Origin: Centroscyllium fabricii
Lineage: Eukaryota
Assembly: GCA_051313645.2 (NCBI GenBank)
Contig: JBNRSN020000011.1
Coordinates: forward strand, 77,500,001-77,564,000
DNA: 64,000 nt
Direction of reading: 5' to 3'
This document shows positions 26,870 through 40,737 of this stretch, piece by piece. Numbering within the stretch: position 1 is the first letter of the stretch; every line of letters begins with the position of its first letter. The notes under the pieces are model-generated. The model ran no database searches and was not told where the DNA came from. It saw only the letters and a program-made list of their open reading frames with translations. The translations under genes and the position numbers were made by a program.

Positions 26870-29100
26870 GGCTCAGACACTAAAAATCTTTTTTTTTTAA
26901 ACAAAAATTATATATACAAATTCTAGCAATCTTCCGAGTCCCGGCACCCTTCGTCTCCAGTTTAGGCAAATGCTGTCAGAAAATAGATCTCCACACACTT
27001 GGACCGCACGCCGGGAAACTCAAAACGTTAAAAAAAATTAAAAAATGAGCAAACTTTCCTTAAAGTTGGTAACTTTTCCGGCGCCCATGCAACAGCAGTA
27101 CATCGCCAACTTCAGAGAAACTCGAAGAAAAGTTGTCCTTCCTTCTTCTTGACTCACAAAGGTGACATCAGTTTAGAAAGAATGATGTTTTGCAGATGTA
27201 CGAGTGAGGTTTCTCAACTTACTCTGGTTTAAAAGAGAGAGAGTCACACACACACACACAGAGGGGGAAAACCTTTTTTTTGCTGGAAGACTCGAGGCGG
27301 GGGAACTCTGAAGTGTGCAGTACTCCTCCTTGCAGCAAAAAGGCCTTTCTGGCACTTCAAAAGCCAGCAGAGTGCCGTCCAGGGATTGTTTTGCGCCGAA
27401 TAAATTAAAATTGGCGACCCCAGGGAGAGGAGATTCTGCTAATACAAGGCTGTAATTACGTGGCAAAGCCCCTGTGTTCTGAGCCTCTGACGCTCTACAG
27501 ACCCCTCTCCATCACAGCACTCCGAGCACTTTGATTAGAGCGGGCGAATGAAACCCTTGCTCTCTTGTAATCTGGCCTCCGATCCCTTTGTATTTCGTAA
27601 TAAGACGTAATTATCATCTGAAAAATATATAAAGAGAAACTGACAGCCAGAAAAATACATCAAAGACTGAGTTTGTTTATCTCTCCCGTCAACTCACCCA
27701 GACTTGTTTAGCAGTGCGGTTAAATAACTAATTTGCATGTTTTATACCAATCGTTGGGCACTTTCACCCCCCCCCCCCCCCCCCCCATAAAAAAGAATCC
27801 GCTTTCCTTTTTGCATACTGCCATAAATAGTTCCTCGCTTCAGGCAAAAGAAAATATTACAGGGGCCATGTACTCACCTACACAAGCAGCGCCAAACCAA
27901 GGCTGAGTGCCGAGTAAAACACTAATCGGATGGCCCTAACTTTCATTTGGGAACTGTTTGAAGACGGAGAAAGCGGAGCCGTTGTGTTTGAGCGTGTCTC
28001 GGCGAGGCTCCCTCCGAGGGCTCTCGGTGCTGGCGGGGCCCCCGCTGCCAATACTCGCGCCTGTGTGCAGGCGGCCCGGCCAGACTTTCTGCTTTTGTTT
28101 CACTTTTTATAACTAGACGCAAAGAACGCAGCAGCAGCGATCAGAGACACACGGATAAGGGGGGGGGGGAGGGGGGAAGAAACGCCGAGGGTTTCAGGGA
28201 AAAGCACTTTCATTATTTTGGGGGTTGGCAATCTCCCTGAAAACCTCGCTGTGCTTTTTAAACGCTTTGCAAAAAAAATTTGTTGAAAAAATACAATTTT
28301 ACAGGTTCCGCTGCAATCCACTTTGTCAGTTTTATAAAAATTTCACAAAAAAGTATGATAGCAATGGGAATGTGGTCATTATTTATTTCAATCTCCTGCA
28401 CTCATTACAAAGATTGCGTGAGGCTTCAGAAATCGGGCTCAACAGGAGTGAAGGGGAGCCCATGTGTGGAAATGGCAGAGTCTGGACCCGAGCTGCAATA
28501 GACATCCCATTACTTGCAGCGGCCTGATATGGGAAAAGAACACTTGATGCCATCAAAGAGATCCATATTGAAACCAGATGTGAGCCTCTCGGTTCTTTCC
28601 ATGCATTTAATTAAGGCAACTGAGACGGAGGAGGCTTTTTTTCATCATTAGTTTCCCTCCAGACCCTTTCCTCAGATTTGGGCGCCCAGTTCGGTGCCAG
28701 TGCAATCTGTCTGTCTTTTTCATCTACAAATATTGAATTGAGACTTCTGTCAACATCTGTTTGGAGAAAACTCTGCCACCCCCGCCCCTCTCCTCTCTCC
28801 CCCTCCTTTTCCTCCTCTCCCCATTATTTGCTAAAGTCGAGCTCATAGACGCGGAAGGAAACGTCAAATGAACTCGCCAGGAAGTGTATTAACCTGATAT
28901 TGTACGGTTTCTAATTGCTCCTCCAACGGGCGCGCGTGTTTATTTTTCAAATCGCGTTAAAACCTTTATTTTGAAGAAACTTGCCAGATGTCAAATAAGC
29001 CTTGTTACTAGCTCGGCTGGCCTGGCTGCCTCGGTGGGACCGGTTAAAGCGCCACAGAAATGTCCCAAATATTTACACACACCCCCCTTCCCCCCCACTT
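26870..29100 (-). promoter_or_regulatory. PRRX1 5' UTR / promoter / CpG-rich upstream region
   Basis: CpG-retaining, repeat-poor sequence directly upstream of the ATG; GA/CA tract and TTTAAA near 27230; exact TSS not determinable. Confidence 0.6.
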
Positions 29101-31561
29101 CTGGTCGATGAAGCTCAACAGATTTAAATTGGTCATACTAATTTTATTTTAAAATTAATAAAGAATTAAAATAAGCAGGATCGGCATTTAACAAGGACGC
29201 TCCACATCCAATAGTTACCTCTCTTACTATTAACCTGTGGATAATCATATAAGACGGACTTTAAAAAAAATGAATTTGTTGAATCATTGACGGGATTTAT
29301 CTGAACTCGGTTTAATATGCTCTGCCCAATAAGATCCGTGCCAATCAGACCTTTCTTCCTTGAAGTGCCCCATACGCCAATCTCAAGTCTCCCTTGCCCT
29401 TCTCTTGACGGGTTGTTACAGCACATGCTGCTAACTAGTCAGAACAATCCAAGTTATTGGCTCGAATTTCTACCAGCTATGTTGCGATTAACATTTTTGT
29501 TCCATTTTCATTTTTTTAAATGCTCCTAATTATGGACAACGAAAAGTTATTGGAAAAGTTATTTCCAGCAGTTGCTGGAAATCTGAAACAAAAACGTGAT
29601 GCCTATTTACCTTTTGGTGTAATTGTCAAGGATCTTTTGCAGCCATGTAATATCTTTCTGTGATTGGATTGTTCAGTTTGTTTCTTGGTTTGAAATCTTC
29701 TATGGCTGTGAAATAAGCACTGAAGCAATCGTTACCCTTCAATTCCGGAGTCTGGTCCTGTGTGGGGGGGGGGGGGGGGGGGTGATGCTCGCTCAGCATT
29801 AGTTGGAATTCACTGGCAGTAGTGTGCTGGCTGGTAAATTCACTAATATTTAATAGTTGTGTTACAGATATGTGCCAAGGTGTCCTGTCAGCTGTCGATT
29901 TCTATTCAGTTTCTCGGCGGGACTGGAGGTGGGGGCAAAGGGAAGCTTTCACTGTTGTAATATAAAGACAAGGGGTTAGTCCAGACCCTCTCCCCCCAAA
30001 AAGAAAACCAGCTAATGGGAAATAGACATGTTCACTGACACGATTAAAACCTCCCTTCATTCTGGTGTACTTCTATACTGGGACCGTTAATTTTTAATGT
30101 TTAATTTCGTTTATTAAAGCTATTTGATATAACCGAGAGTGACCGATTTTATAATAATCGATATTTATTGGTGTAGAAATTCATAGTCTAGGGCAATCCC
30201 CGTGTGACATTCTCTGGAGGGGCTTTAAAATAGCAAATCTCTGATCTGTTTAGTGCACCTGACACGTTCACATCTTGTGTTCATCAAAATAAAAATAATG
30301 TGCCCCCTGTGTCTTATCTTATCGATGTGACACCATTATCAGAATATGAAAATAATAATAGCTACGTCAGTACTATAAGACAAATAATGCAGAGAGCAAG
30401 AATCATAAATGTGGATTGGCACCGAGATCGCTGCCAACCGGGAGTGGTGAAATGATCAACAATCTGGCTGGGTATATCCAGCAAAGCTGCACCTTACTAA
30501 ACTGAAAGACTTGTATTTCATTATCTGTCTCTCAGAAATATCTCAAAGAACTTCACATACAATGAGTTAATTCGAAGTGTTGTTAGGCAAATTATAGACA
30601 AAAAACCCAAATCATTTCAACATTAATATAGACACAGTGGTCTACCCATGAAACTACTCTGATAGTTTCAGCTTTTATCCGTTTACAATTGAAAGGCGAT
30701 GCTTAATATAATTTGCATTGCCAGAGTGCAGAGAATACGCTAGAGTAAAGGGTTAATGCTCTATGTACACTAATATAGGCAAACTCCCTTTCCCTAGTTT
30801 TTTTTGTTGGTATTTTACAGCAAACCTATGGGGAGGGGAGAGTAACAACGATACTAATTTTCATGTTGAGATCGCAGAAGGCTCTCAGTAGTGCAAATAT
30901 AAAAGGGATGTATGTGTTTATAATAAACTGACCATTTGAAAAATCGATGTCGTCGTGCGAATTGACGATTTATACAGTGTATGCTGGTATGGTTTTAATC
31001 CAGTTGATACTTGTGTCGTTTGGTTGAACACTCCAGCCTCTATAATTTACAATTTAACACATGGCCTAATGGAAATGGGCAGATTCATTGTAATTTGTTG
31101 CAAAGCTCTGCCAGTGTCAAATCTAGAATTGAAAGGAATATATATGGTCATCAAATACTGTCGAATTCACGTGTGTACGTTCAATACCAGGACATTCGGC
31201 TGATAAACAGTGTAATCACAGGTTCTTGATTTAGTTAGTGCTATGTAGATACAAATCTCACAAAAGCTGCTTTACAATCCCACAATTACACTTCTTTCTG
31301 TCTAGAATCTATTGTAGATTTAGCCTGATTGCGCCGTGGAATCATCACAAGTCGACATATCACTTCGTGGCTCTATCAATAAAACCAGTTGAAATACATT
31401 TCTTAATGTTGCAACATGCATGTATTGCCTACATTCATCTCAATAGAAACCAGGCACAGTGATTCCTAGATTTCTGTTATCTCCATAAGCTGCCTTGCTA
31501 AATGTGTGAAATGCTAATAGAAAAAAATCATAGACACTACAATTTATATAATGTTACCGTT

Positions 31562-31683
31562 TTAAAAATGCAAATGTTGGAAACTTGAAATGAAAAAAAT
31601 GCAGGAAATATACAGTAGGTTTGTCAACATCGGTAAAGAGAAACGAGAAAGCAACGTTTCGGGTGTGTCCCCTTGATCAGAAC
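31562..31683 (-). mobile_element. Diverged Penelope pLTR fragment
   Basis: Minus strand CTGATCA-AGGGG aca CACCC-GAAACGTT followed by the same pLTR body. Confidence 0.55.
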
Positions 31684-34600
31684 CTTTGACAAATACAGTA
31701 CTGTATAATCGCAATGCAATTCATTGTTCCTGAAATGGGTGTTTAATGTCCTTTCCAATGACAACAAAAATAATCAGAGACAAAAACTCTCAAAAGACTG
31801 TGCATCTGGAACATTCCAGGAGTCTAGGTTTTAATTTAAAAATTAAACCATCCGGAATAGATTCTATATTAATCGATTAAATACTGACTACAATATGTTA
31901 ATTTTTCTACACTCACTTTGTGGCATGCAGTGTACCTTTTCTATCCCACACAAACCCACTCTCTCATATCTTTAACTCTCACACATTCCTCACTCTCGCG
32001 CCCTCAAACACTTTTACAGTAGTCTCCCTCCCTCCCCCCCCCCTCGCCGCCCCCACCAACCCCAGTAAAATGCCCCACAGACCAAACTCTAATTAAGATA
32101 AGTGGTAATAGCAGAGTGCCACTAAAACCATAGTTTATTGTAAATGAGGGCAACGGAACAGAGTGGCGGTCAGGCGGCTCTTTAATAATCACAAGAGGTC
32201 ATTGCCCAGCACTTCAACAGAAACTTTGCTCAAAGTGTGCGTGTCGGCATGTGCGAAATGAAATCCCGCTAGGATTTCAGCTCAACTGTTGGAACAATGC
32301 GTTTTAATGCAAAAAAACAAGCTGGGCCACTTATTCATTTTTTGGTTCCTAAAATACTATCACTTCACCAACGGAAACCGCACAAATCCACTGGAAATGT
32401 AGCCAAGAATTTTATTCACAAAAGTTTAAGGCTGGGTCCCATTCTCGTCTCTGGGTAGATATCAGATAGCTTTTTTCCCCGGAGGGGAACAATTCCCACG
32501 AATTGGCTCGCCCCAAAATCCGTTGTCAAGAAGTCAGGCTAGCGGCAGACGGATTGGCACCACTGATTCTGAAATGAAATTATGGTCAGCACAATTTCAC
32601 ATCTGCAAAATATTGGTTTGTTTCAGAAGTTTAAACTTCTCAACAAGCTTATTTGAGAAACGACTCCATGCCAATAAATGGAGTGAATATTTAATCTGCC
32701 ACAGAGTAAAACTAGTGATTCCTCTTTAAAAATAAATTATGTTTCTGTTCCAAAGAATGACCTTTCACCTTTTGAGAGCTGATTTATTCTTTCAGTGTGT
32801 ACGTATTTCTCATGGTTAATTGTGTTGCGTAAATATCTCATACCATGTAAAAATCATATTTTCCTCTCGGTTTAAACTGTGGACAGCTATTCAAATGTAC
32901 CAGGAGCTCCAACTGCACCCTGGCCTTTATTTTCCGACCTTAACTTTCATATTTTTTTGTGAAATGTGAAAAGGAAAGCAACAATGGAATTGACAGGTTA
33001 GACAGTTTGGGTCCCAAATGATATTTGAAATGGTCTCTTTAAATCAACCGAGTGGCAGTAATTAAAAGGCTTTTATTCCACGTGACTTCTGCAATTAACA
33101 GGTCAACTAAGGGGATGATTTCGATCAGAAATTATTTTTTTGGATTTCCAGAGTGAAACTCAGTTACGTTTTAACAGTGCAGTATATTAGGTAAAATGCG
33201 AAATCTGGCTAAATGTCTAATCGGGTTTAATTTTTCTGAGGGTTAAGCTCAGTTATTCCCGTTCTGCTCAAGTCTTTGTTAGAATCAACTTTAGCATCAA
33301 GACAGGATTGCTTTGTAACTCATATTACGTTTGTTCTGATATTTTGTAAGCTTGAATAAAGTATCACGATAGTGAAGTATTTAAATCCATAAATAATGAA
33401 ATAACAATGTAATAATTTCCATTTACAAAACCTGCGATGAGTCCAAAACTTAAGCAATAGAAGTTGCGAACTGTGACCGAGCTTGTATTTAACAAAACAC
33501 TCTTAGCTAGTCTCAAAACGTGCGGTAATAGTACTGAGTGTTTGGCTTCATCCAGCAAAGGAATGTTAATTTAAGTAAAGATTTAGTAGTCAAGATGCCC
33601 GGAATAGCAAATAGCTACCTTGACGCGTGTCTATAACCAACATGTGTCAACGCGGTGTATTTCCCGTTTACAATCTGCACACGATTGTAAATATCTCCAT
33701 CTGTTGTCATCCAAACAATTGGTATTAAAGAACGGGCTTGGTGCCACAGCTAAACCAATAATAAATAGAAACTTTACAATGTCATCCTCTGAACACAAGA
33801 CATCTGCCGTGTGAGTAGAGTGGGGTTTACTGAAATATTCTTGGTTCATCTTATATGCACTAGTATCTTTTAAAATTCAGTTCTTCATTACAATACCCTA
33901 ACACCGCTCATCGAGGGTGTCTGAACTCAGTTATCAGTCTGAGATCTAAAGGTGTAGTTGGTGACATGCGGGGGTGGGGCAATGCACCGATGGCTTGGGA
34001 GGTAAACAATCCTCGTCCAATCCTATTCGATTTTTACCTTTTAAGAAAACCGAATATAAAATTAATCTCAGAAATGCACATTTTTCTGTTATCCTCCTTG
34101 CCTGTCTGAGCTATATCCAATTACGTTAAAACAGCCTTCTGCTTCACTTTCGTCGACATCTCATATTATGTACTTGCAGAAGAGTATACTGGGTAGTCGT
34201 CTGCCCATGTTACTGGGCAATTTGTCAATCCCTTTCCTTGCGGTGCAGTGAACAGTTGCCACTGTCTGTACCCGGGTGCATCCAGCGCTCTCACACTTGC
34301 AGCGGGGTCTGCATGTCCCATTATCAGTACAACCTTAAAATGAGACGTGGAGACTAAAGCCGCATTGCACATTCTTAGGCCTGGGCTCGTTGATTCATCA
34401 AATTGCAGTAGATTTTCGGGGTCATATTTCTTGTACAGTTTTTGGTATTACGTAATATTACAAAAATGGTGATAAGGTGCCAGGTGGGTGAATGGATAAG
34501 TGCACAGCCCATTGCATTGATGCAAATTGTGTACACATGTAATAGTTAAATATGTCGATAAATTGTAAATCCATTCATTGGCAGATACACAGGCAATAGC

Positions 34601-35681
34601 TTACGTGTACATATTGTAAATACCTACACCGGACTCTAACCAGCGAAAAGAAAAGAAACCTTTCAGCTGCCAGGATATCACAAAGCAGTTTCAAATTATA
34701 TATTTTAAATTATATATATCGTATTAAAATTAATTTTCCAACTGAACTGTGGTACAGGTGTTATGAACAAGCCAGTCACGTGGCCAGCCATGCCATCTGA
34801 TCAATATCTCCACCGCCTCAGCGAATATAATGTGACTACTGACCGTCTCACGTATACACACTGTGTATTTACTGTGAGCGTGGATATGTAGTTCAAAATC
34901 CATTGCTGTCATCCCGTACATACATTATTTGTCAAAGTTTATTTTGCTGGTACACTATCAACCAAAGCGATTTTAATTATTGCCCTGCATGTCGAGACTT
35001 TCAAACATCCCAGAATTGTTTACTATCGCATCTGAACTAGAATTATTTAGTTCATCCTACCTTTTTACGCGTGTATTCGACTTGATTTTAAATGAGTTTA
35101 TTGGCGTTCGGAAGTAATACAGGTAAAACCTGGCTGACTTCTAAAGACAGGCCGCGTTTCTTTGCGAGTCCCTTTTGGTTGGTATAATGCATCATAACAG
35201 ATTAAAGTGTGTTAATAGACAAGGAATTAAACAGTCCTCTGCTTAAAGGTGCCACACAGAACACAGAATGAGCTTAGTTTGACCTGAGATCAGATCGTCA
35301 CGCCTCTCCATTTAAACGATCTGGTGCAATTTCAATTACAAATCTATATAGCTGGAATAGCAAATCAGGTAAGACAAATAAATAGTTATAAACTCGAGTA
35401 TAGAATGAAGCCATACTCCCAGTGGCTTACATTTTTACTTCGCAAGTATTATCAGAACAGGAAAACAAACAAACAAAAGCTGGAATTGTTTCCAATTATT
35501 ACCGTTTTCCTGTGTTATAATACTTTGTAATGTTGCTTTTCCCGATTACTAATCTAGACAGGAACACAAGTCACAGATTGTTTAACCTGAAAATGTTTAA
35601 ATTTCAACCCCAAAGGGAAAACTGCCGAGTTAGGATCGTGGAAATAAATTCACGTTTTAAATGTTACTCTTTGATGGTCTT

Positions 35682-36612
35682 GTGTGTCTATGTGTGTGTA
35701 TGTGTATCCATGTGTGTGTGAGTGTGTGTATCAATGTGTGTGTGAGTGTGTGTCTATGTGTGAGTGTGTGTATCCATGAGTGTGTGAGNNNNNNNNNNNN
35801 NNNNNNNNNNNNNNNNNNNNNNNNNNNNNNNNNNNNNNNNNNNNNNNNNNNNNNNNNNNNNNNNNNNNNNNNNNNNNNNNNNNNNNNNNNNNNNNNNNNN
35901 NNNNNNNNNNNNNNNNNNNNNNNNNNNNNNNNNNNNNNNNNNNNNNNNNNNNNNNNNNNNNNNNNNNNNNNNNNNNNNNNNNNNNNNNNNNNNNNNNNNN
36001 NNNNNNNNNNNGAGTGTGTGTATCCATGTGTGTGTGAGTGTGTGTATCCCTGTGTGTGTGAGTGTGTGTCTATGTGTGAGTGTGTGTATCCATGTGTGTG
36101 TGAGTGTGTGTATCCCTGTGTGTGAGTGTGTGTATCCATGTGTGTGTGAGTGTGTGTCTGTGTGTGTGAGTGTGTGTATCCATGTGTATCCATGTGTGTG
36201 AGTGTGTGTATCCATGTGTGTGTGAGTGTGTATCCATGTGTGTGTGAGTGTGTCTATCCATGTGTATCCATGTGTGTGTGTATCCATGTGTGTGTGAGTG
36301 TGTGTATCCATGTGTGTGTGAGTGTGTGTCTATGTGTGAGTGTGTGTATCCATGTGTGTGTGAGTGTGTGTATCCATGTGTGTGTGAGTGTGTGTCTATG
36401 TGTGAGTGTGTGTATCCATGTGTGTGTGAGTGTGTGTATCCATGTGTGTGTGATTGTGTGTATCCATGTGTGTGTGAGTGTGTGTATCCATGTGTATCCA
36501 TGTGTGTGAGTGTGTGTATCCATGTGTGTGTGTGTGCCTATCTGTCTACGTGTGTGTCTGAGTGTATGTGTATGTCTATGTGTGTGTGTGTAGGGGGGGG
36601 GGGGGGGGGGGG
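35682..36612. repeat. Compound (TG)n / GTGTGTATCCAT satellite spanning an assembly gap
   Basis: Low-complexity repeat visible directly; ends in poly-G. Confidence 0.97.
35789..36011. other. Assembly gap (223 N)
   Basis: Run of n. Confidence 1.
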
Positions 36613-37629
36613 GTTGCTCTTACTCTCCTACTGTCTGCCAGTATTGTCATTCTTAAAACTCTCGTAATTATTTGACCCCGATAACGTGATTCGTTTAAAA
36701 GTATTTATGCTTTAAAGATACAAGATTTTTTCCCCCAAACCGACAATCCTTAAGGCACTGGCAGGAAACAAAGTGTTTCCAATTATAGTGTGTCCTTCAT
36801 ATCATTTTCTTACAACACAAAATCAAGCTAGAATTGTATTTTTTACATTTATCAGACTGGATCCTGTTCAGAACCAGGATTGTTTAAATCAGGTTTATAG
36901 AGAGCCGTTTACGACCCTCGGTGCTCCGCCCAGATCAGAAAACGTCAAAAAATATCCATCTCCATCGCCACAAAGTTTAAAGGCTAACAATGTAATTTAC
37001 TACTAGACTGTATAAGGGAAACACTGAAAGCAAATCATGCCAAAGGTAAGGAATTAATACAGTTTTGTATGAGTTTGGTGTTAGGCTTCTCCACAATGCA
37101 CAACTCTTCCTAAAAATAGCCACGGGATTTAATGCTGTTTAATATTAAGTTGATGTATGCAATAGTTAAAAACCTAAAATACCATTGTAATGCCAGAGGC
37201 AAGGTTTCCAGAAGAAAGGTTGAACTCACTGTCCAGCCACTTCTCAGATTACAGAATCCGTTCCAACTTGTCTGGGGAGACTGGCTCCACAGAAATCACA
37301 AGGCCTTTTAAAGGGAGATGGTCTGCAGTACCAACAAAATGTAAAAAACTTTACCTAACTAATTGACTCTAGCTACACCGCGCGTTGTTCATTGTGGAAA
37401 AGAACTTGCGGGTAATTACAGTCGCTGGATAGAAATTTAAGACCCGCATTGCTTATGTTCATTGTCTCCCCCACGTGTTTAAAACAACCAGTTTAGATTA
37501 AGTGTGATTGTTTGACCCTTTAAGAGCTCTTTACTTGAAGAGTTTGTGTATTTGATTTATTTAACCCAATGGAGTTGTGCAATTGTCACAATGGGGCCTT
37601 CGGAGAAGCAGCAAACTGGTAATTATGCG

Positions 37630-37722
37630 ATAGAAAGGTCATCGACCTGAAACATTAACTCTGTTTCTCTCTCCACCGATGCTGCCTGGCCTGCTGAGTT
37701 TTTCCAGCGTTTTCTGTTGTTA
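37630..37722 (+). mobile_element. Penelope pLTR fragment
   Basis: AGGTCATCGACCTGAAACATTAACTCTGTTTCTCTCTCCACCGATGCTGCCTGGCCTGCTGAG, shared with the 39660 and 58048 copies. Confidence 0.7.
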
Positions 37723-39549
37723 TTAAGCTGGGAATTATTCCGTTCGAGATGCTGCCCTGGACACAGGGGGCGACTCGCCCATTCCTTGGCGGTGTTTGTA
37801 CGGTATCTAATAGTCTGCGACTCTAATTGCGCAAGGACTGATGCTGATCTGGCGAACCTGCTGGTATGGCCCTGCTGCCAATCCAGTTTTCAGGATCATG
37901 GAGAGAGCTCTGGGCTGTGCGCTTACAGCCGTGCCCACATCTGCCCTCTCCGCGATTACATTTTAAATGTTTTGAGAGCGCCAGAAACGTCCCGCAGCTC
38001 AGAGGGACCCCGGAATCCTGATTCCACCCAGTCTGACAGCTTCAGGCCAGCCCGCACTGTTGACTCATCGCCAGGCCATTCGGGCCCCAGTCTGGAGTTA
38101 TCCTGTCATCTTTGGAGCAGAGATCCTGACAGCACAGCGCAGTACTCAGTCGCAGCGTTTTGATAGATATTTTTAAAGCTGCAATTATCTTTGATTGATT
38201 TTACACCCCCTCCATTATATATGGAAAGATGCTGGTTCTTATACTGATAGGAATCACCCGATCATCCCCGCCTCCTGTTAGTCTGGCCGTCTGACAACCA
38301 TTACTCCTCAATCGCGAATGAATTAAACAGTCTTTGCAGCGAGCCTCGGGTTGCCGTGTTCACTAACTAGTATTGGATTTTTAACAAAAAAAATCAATGT
38401 TATCCCACATTGGATTATTTAGATGCGGCAATAAATAGTACGGTCCAACTCCAAGGAAACTGTCACCTACTCCACCTCGAAATTCATCTTTTATCTCTAA
38501 TCCTCTGAAAAACACCCAGGAATTGATCGCCAGTTCCCTTTGGACTCCTGAATTATTTTATCAGGGCATTAAAAAAAATCACCTGCAACTTACTGTTTCG
38601 GTTAAGATGCTCGCCTATTTCAACTTGGATTAAAATGAGATAGTTACTAAAGTTGCTCCACCGCTTCAGCGGAATTTGATCGGGATGAGCTCTTAAATGG
38701 GCGGGATTGCACAGAATGCATTCAGCAGGTATTCTATAGATGGTCATGTTTTTCCATCGAAACTAGATTTTAAATATATTATTTTATCCCGGTGATGTCT
38801 TTAGCACAGAGTATTTCAAAATGAAAGATAACCTGGAGTAGCAGCTCCCCCCAATCACCGCAAAGACAGCTGTGATGCTGCCTGGCCTGCGGAGTTTCTC
38901 CAGCGTTTTCTGTTATGTAGAATAAGGATTGACAAATCCGAATAACGGCAGAGCTGCTCCTATTAACCTGCTCTATCCCCGGGTTTACTGCCATGTCCCA
39001 CTCGTGCCATTGTTGCTTCGCCAAAACCATTTAAAACCCACAGTTACTTTATAATCCGTGACAACTGCTTCATTTCAAAATGAGTATTTAGTGTCCCGCA
39101 GTCTGTAATCTAACAGCATTCTTGAATCAGTTGTTTGCTCAACCTAAACATAGCAATGTCATTTATTTTAAAACCAGGGCTTCGGAAAGTAGCTGAATCT
39201 CCACCCTTGAAGTCCAGAAAAGTCTCCACTTATGTAGTCCAGGATTTATATCAGATGTTGTGTCCCCATTAACTGGCAGTGGATAGGTTGCGACATTAAC
39301 AGGGGATCCGATTGTACTTCTTTTTGGAATACAAGACATTTGGATTTTTTGTTGGGTTCCTCGAATAAATTCCCCCCTTACAGCTAACTGAAGACTGCCA
39401 GCAGAGTGAATGATGCCACTTTATTGGGCAATATAGTACACGCTATGAATGCACTCCTCATTCAGCAGGGGGCCGGTGTAATAATACATTTTATGTTGTG
39501 TTCTTTCGTTGTCTCTCTCAGTTCTCTTCGCTTCCAATTAATTATATTT

Positions 39550-39774
39550 AACAGAAAATGCTGGAAAATCTCAGCAGGCCAGGCAACATCGGTGGAGAGA
39601 GAAAAACAGAGTTAACGTTTCAGGTCGGGACCCTTTGTCAAGTCTTGATGAAGGGTCCCGACCTGAAACGTTAACTCTGTTTCTCTCTCCACGAATGTTG
39701 CCTGGCCTGCTGAGTTTTTCCAGCATTTTCTGTTGTTATTTCTGATTTCCAGCATCTGCAGTATTTTGCTATCG
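39550..39774. mobile_element. Inverted pair of Penelope pLTR fragments
   Basis: Near-perfect palindrome centred on 39643 with ~92-bp arms; 15-bp flanking repeat TAATT(A/G)TATTTAACA (39539-39553, 39775-39789). Confidence 0.8.
39641..39676 (+). ncRNA. Minimal hammerhead ribozyme-like motif (mirror copy on minus strand at ~39610-39645)
   Basis: TTGATGA-A-GGGT cccg ACCT-GAAAC-GTT-AACT; the minus-strand copy has core TTGACAA. Confidence 0.5.
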
Positions 39775-40534
39775 TAATTGTATTTAACATTATTTCCCAG
39801 AAGGTGGTTTCAGGTGAACGTTACAAAGTGTTGAGTCGCAACTCAGCTCACTTTTTTTTAAGGCTTTCAACTCTGGTACCCGAGTTTAAATTCTGCATGG
39901 GCAGATGGGTGGAAGTCTCTTCTCTTAGGAGTATTAAAAGACCGGAGTGAAACGAGGTTTTAAGGATCTTAAGTGAATTGAATTTGGGTAGACTCAACAC
40001 AGGCCCCAGTGGAGTGGAGCCCATTGCAAAAAACCTTCCATAATTTTCGACTAATTGGCATAATTGGGCGACCTCATGTAGAGAGGCCAAGAGGATAGAT
40101 GGCGTGTGAAATGGGAATACAGTAGGGGGTGCTCTTTTGAGGCTGTTGGTCAAAGAGTACTGCTGAAAGTGTTCAGAAGGAGCAGTGAACTAAATCTATA
40201 CCGCCTTGGGAATGTTTAATATAATTACTGGGTACAAAAATGGGGAAAAAAATCATTCTCAAGCAGCGTCATTCCTAGGGTTCTAAAGCATTTCATATAC
40301 TCGCTTTTTTCATTCGAACAAAACCCTGAAACAACCCAGCTAATTATGATGTGGAGGTGCCGGTGTTGGACTGGGGTGGACAAATGTGAGAAGTCACACA
40401 ACACCAGGTTACAGCCCAACAGTTTTATTTGAAATCACTATCTCAAATAAAACTGTTGGACTATAACCTGTTGTGTGACTTCTTACAGCTAATTATTACG
40501 TGAGAGCGCGTTATCCAACAAAGGTAGTGCAAAT

Positions 40535-40730
40535 CTGGAACTCCTTCCCTCAAAAGGCTGTGAATGCTGGGTCAACTGAAATGTTAAAGACTGAGATAGA
40601 TATTGTTGGGTAAGGGTATCAAGGGATATGGAGCAACAGTGGGTAAATGGAGTTGAGGGCCAGATCAGCCCTGATATAATAGAATGGGGAACAGGCTGGA
40701 TGAGCTGATTGGCCTGCTTCAGTTCCAATG
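40535..40730 (+). mobile_element. CR1 LINE 3' fragment
   Basis: TGGAACTCCTTCCCTC...GGGTAAGGGTATCAAGGGATATGG...CAGATCAGCC. Confidence 0.65.
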
Positions 40731-40737
40731 ATTTAAT

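Noticed and set aside
35657-36667. His/Thr- and Cys/Val-rich ORFs
   Set aside because: Translations of a TG-rich satellite across an N gap
37717-38163. 148-aa GC-rich ORF
   Set aside because: Non-ATG start, no recognisable domain or clear splice context
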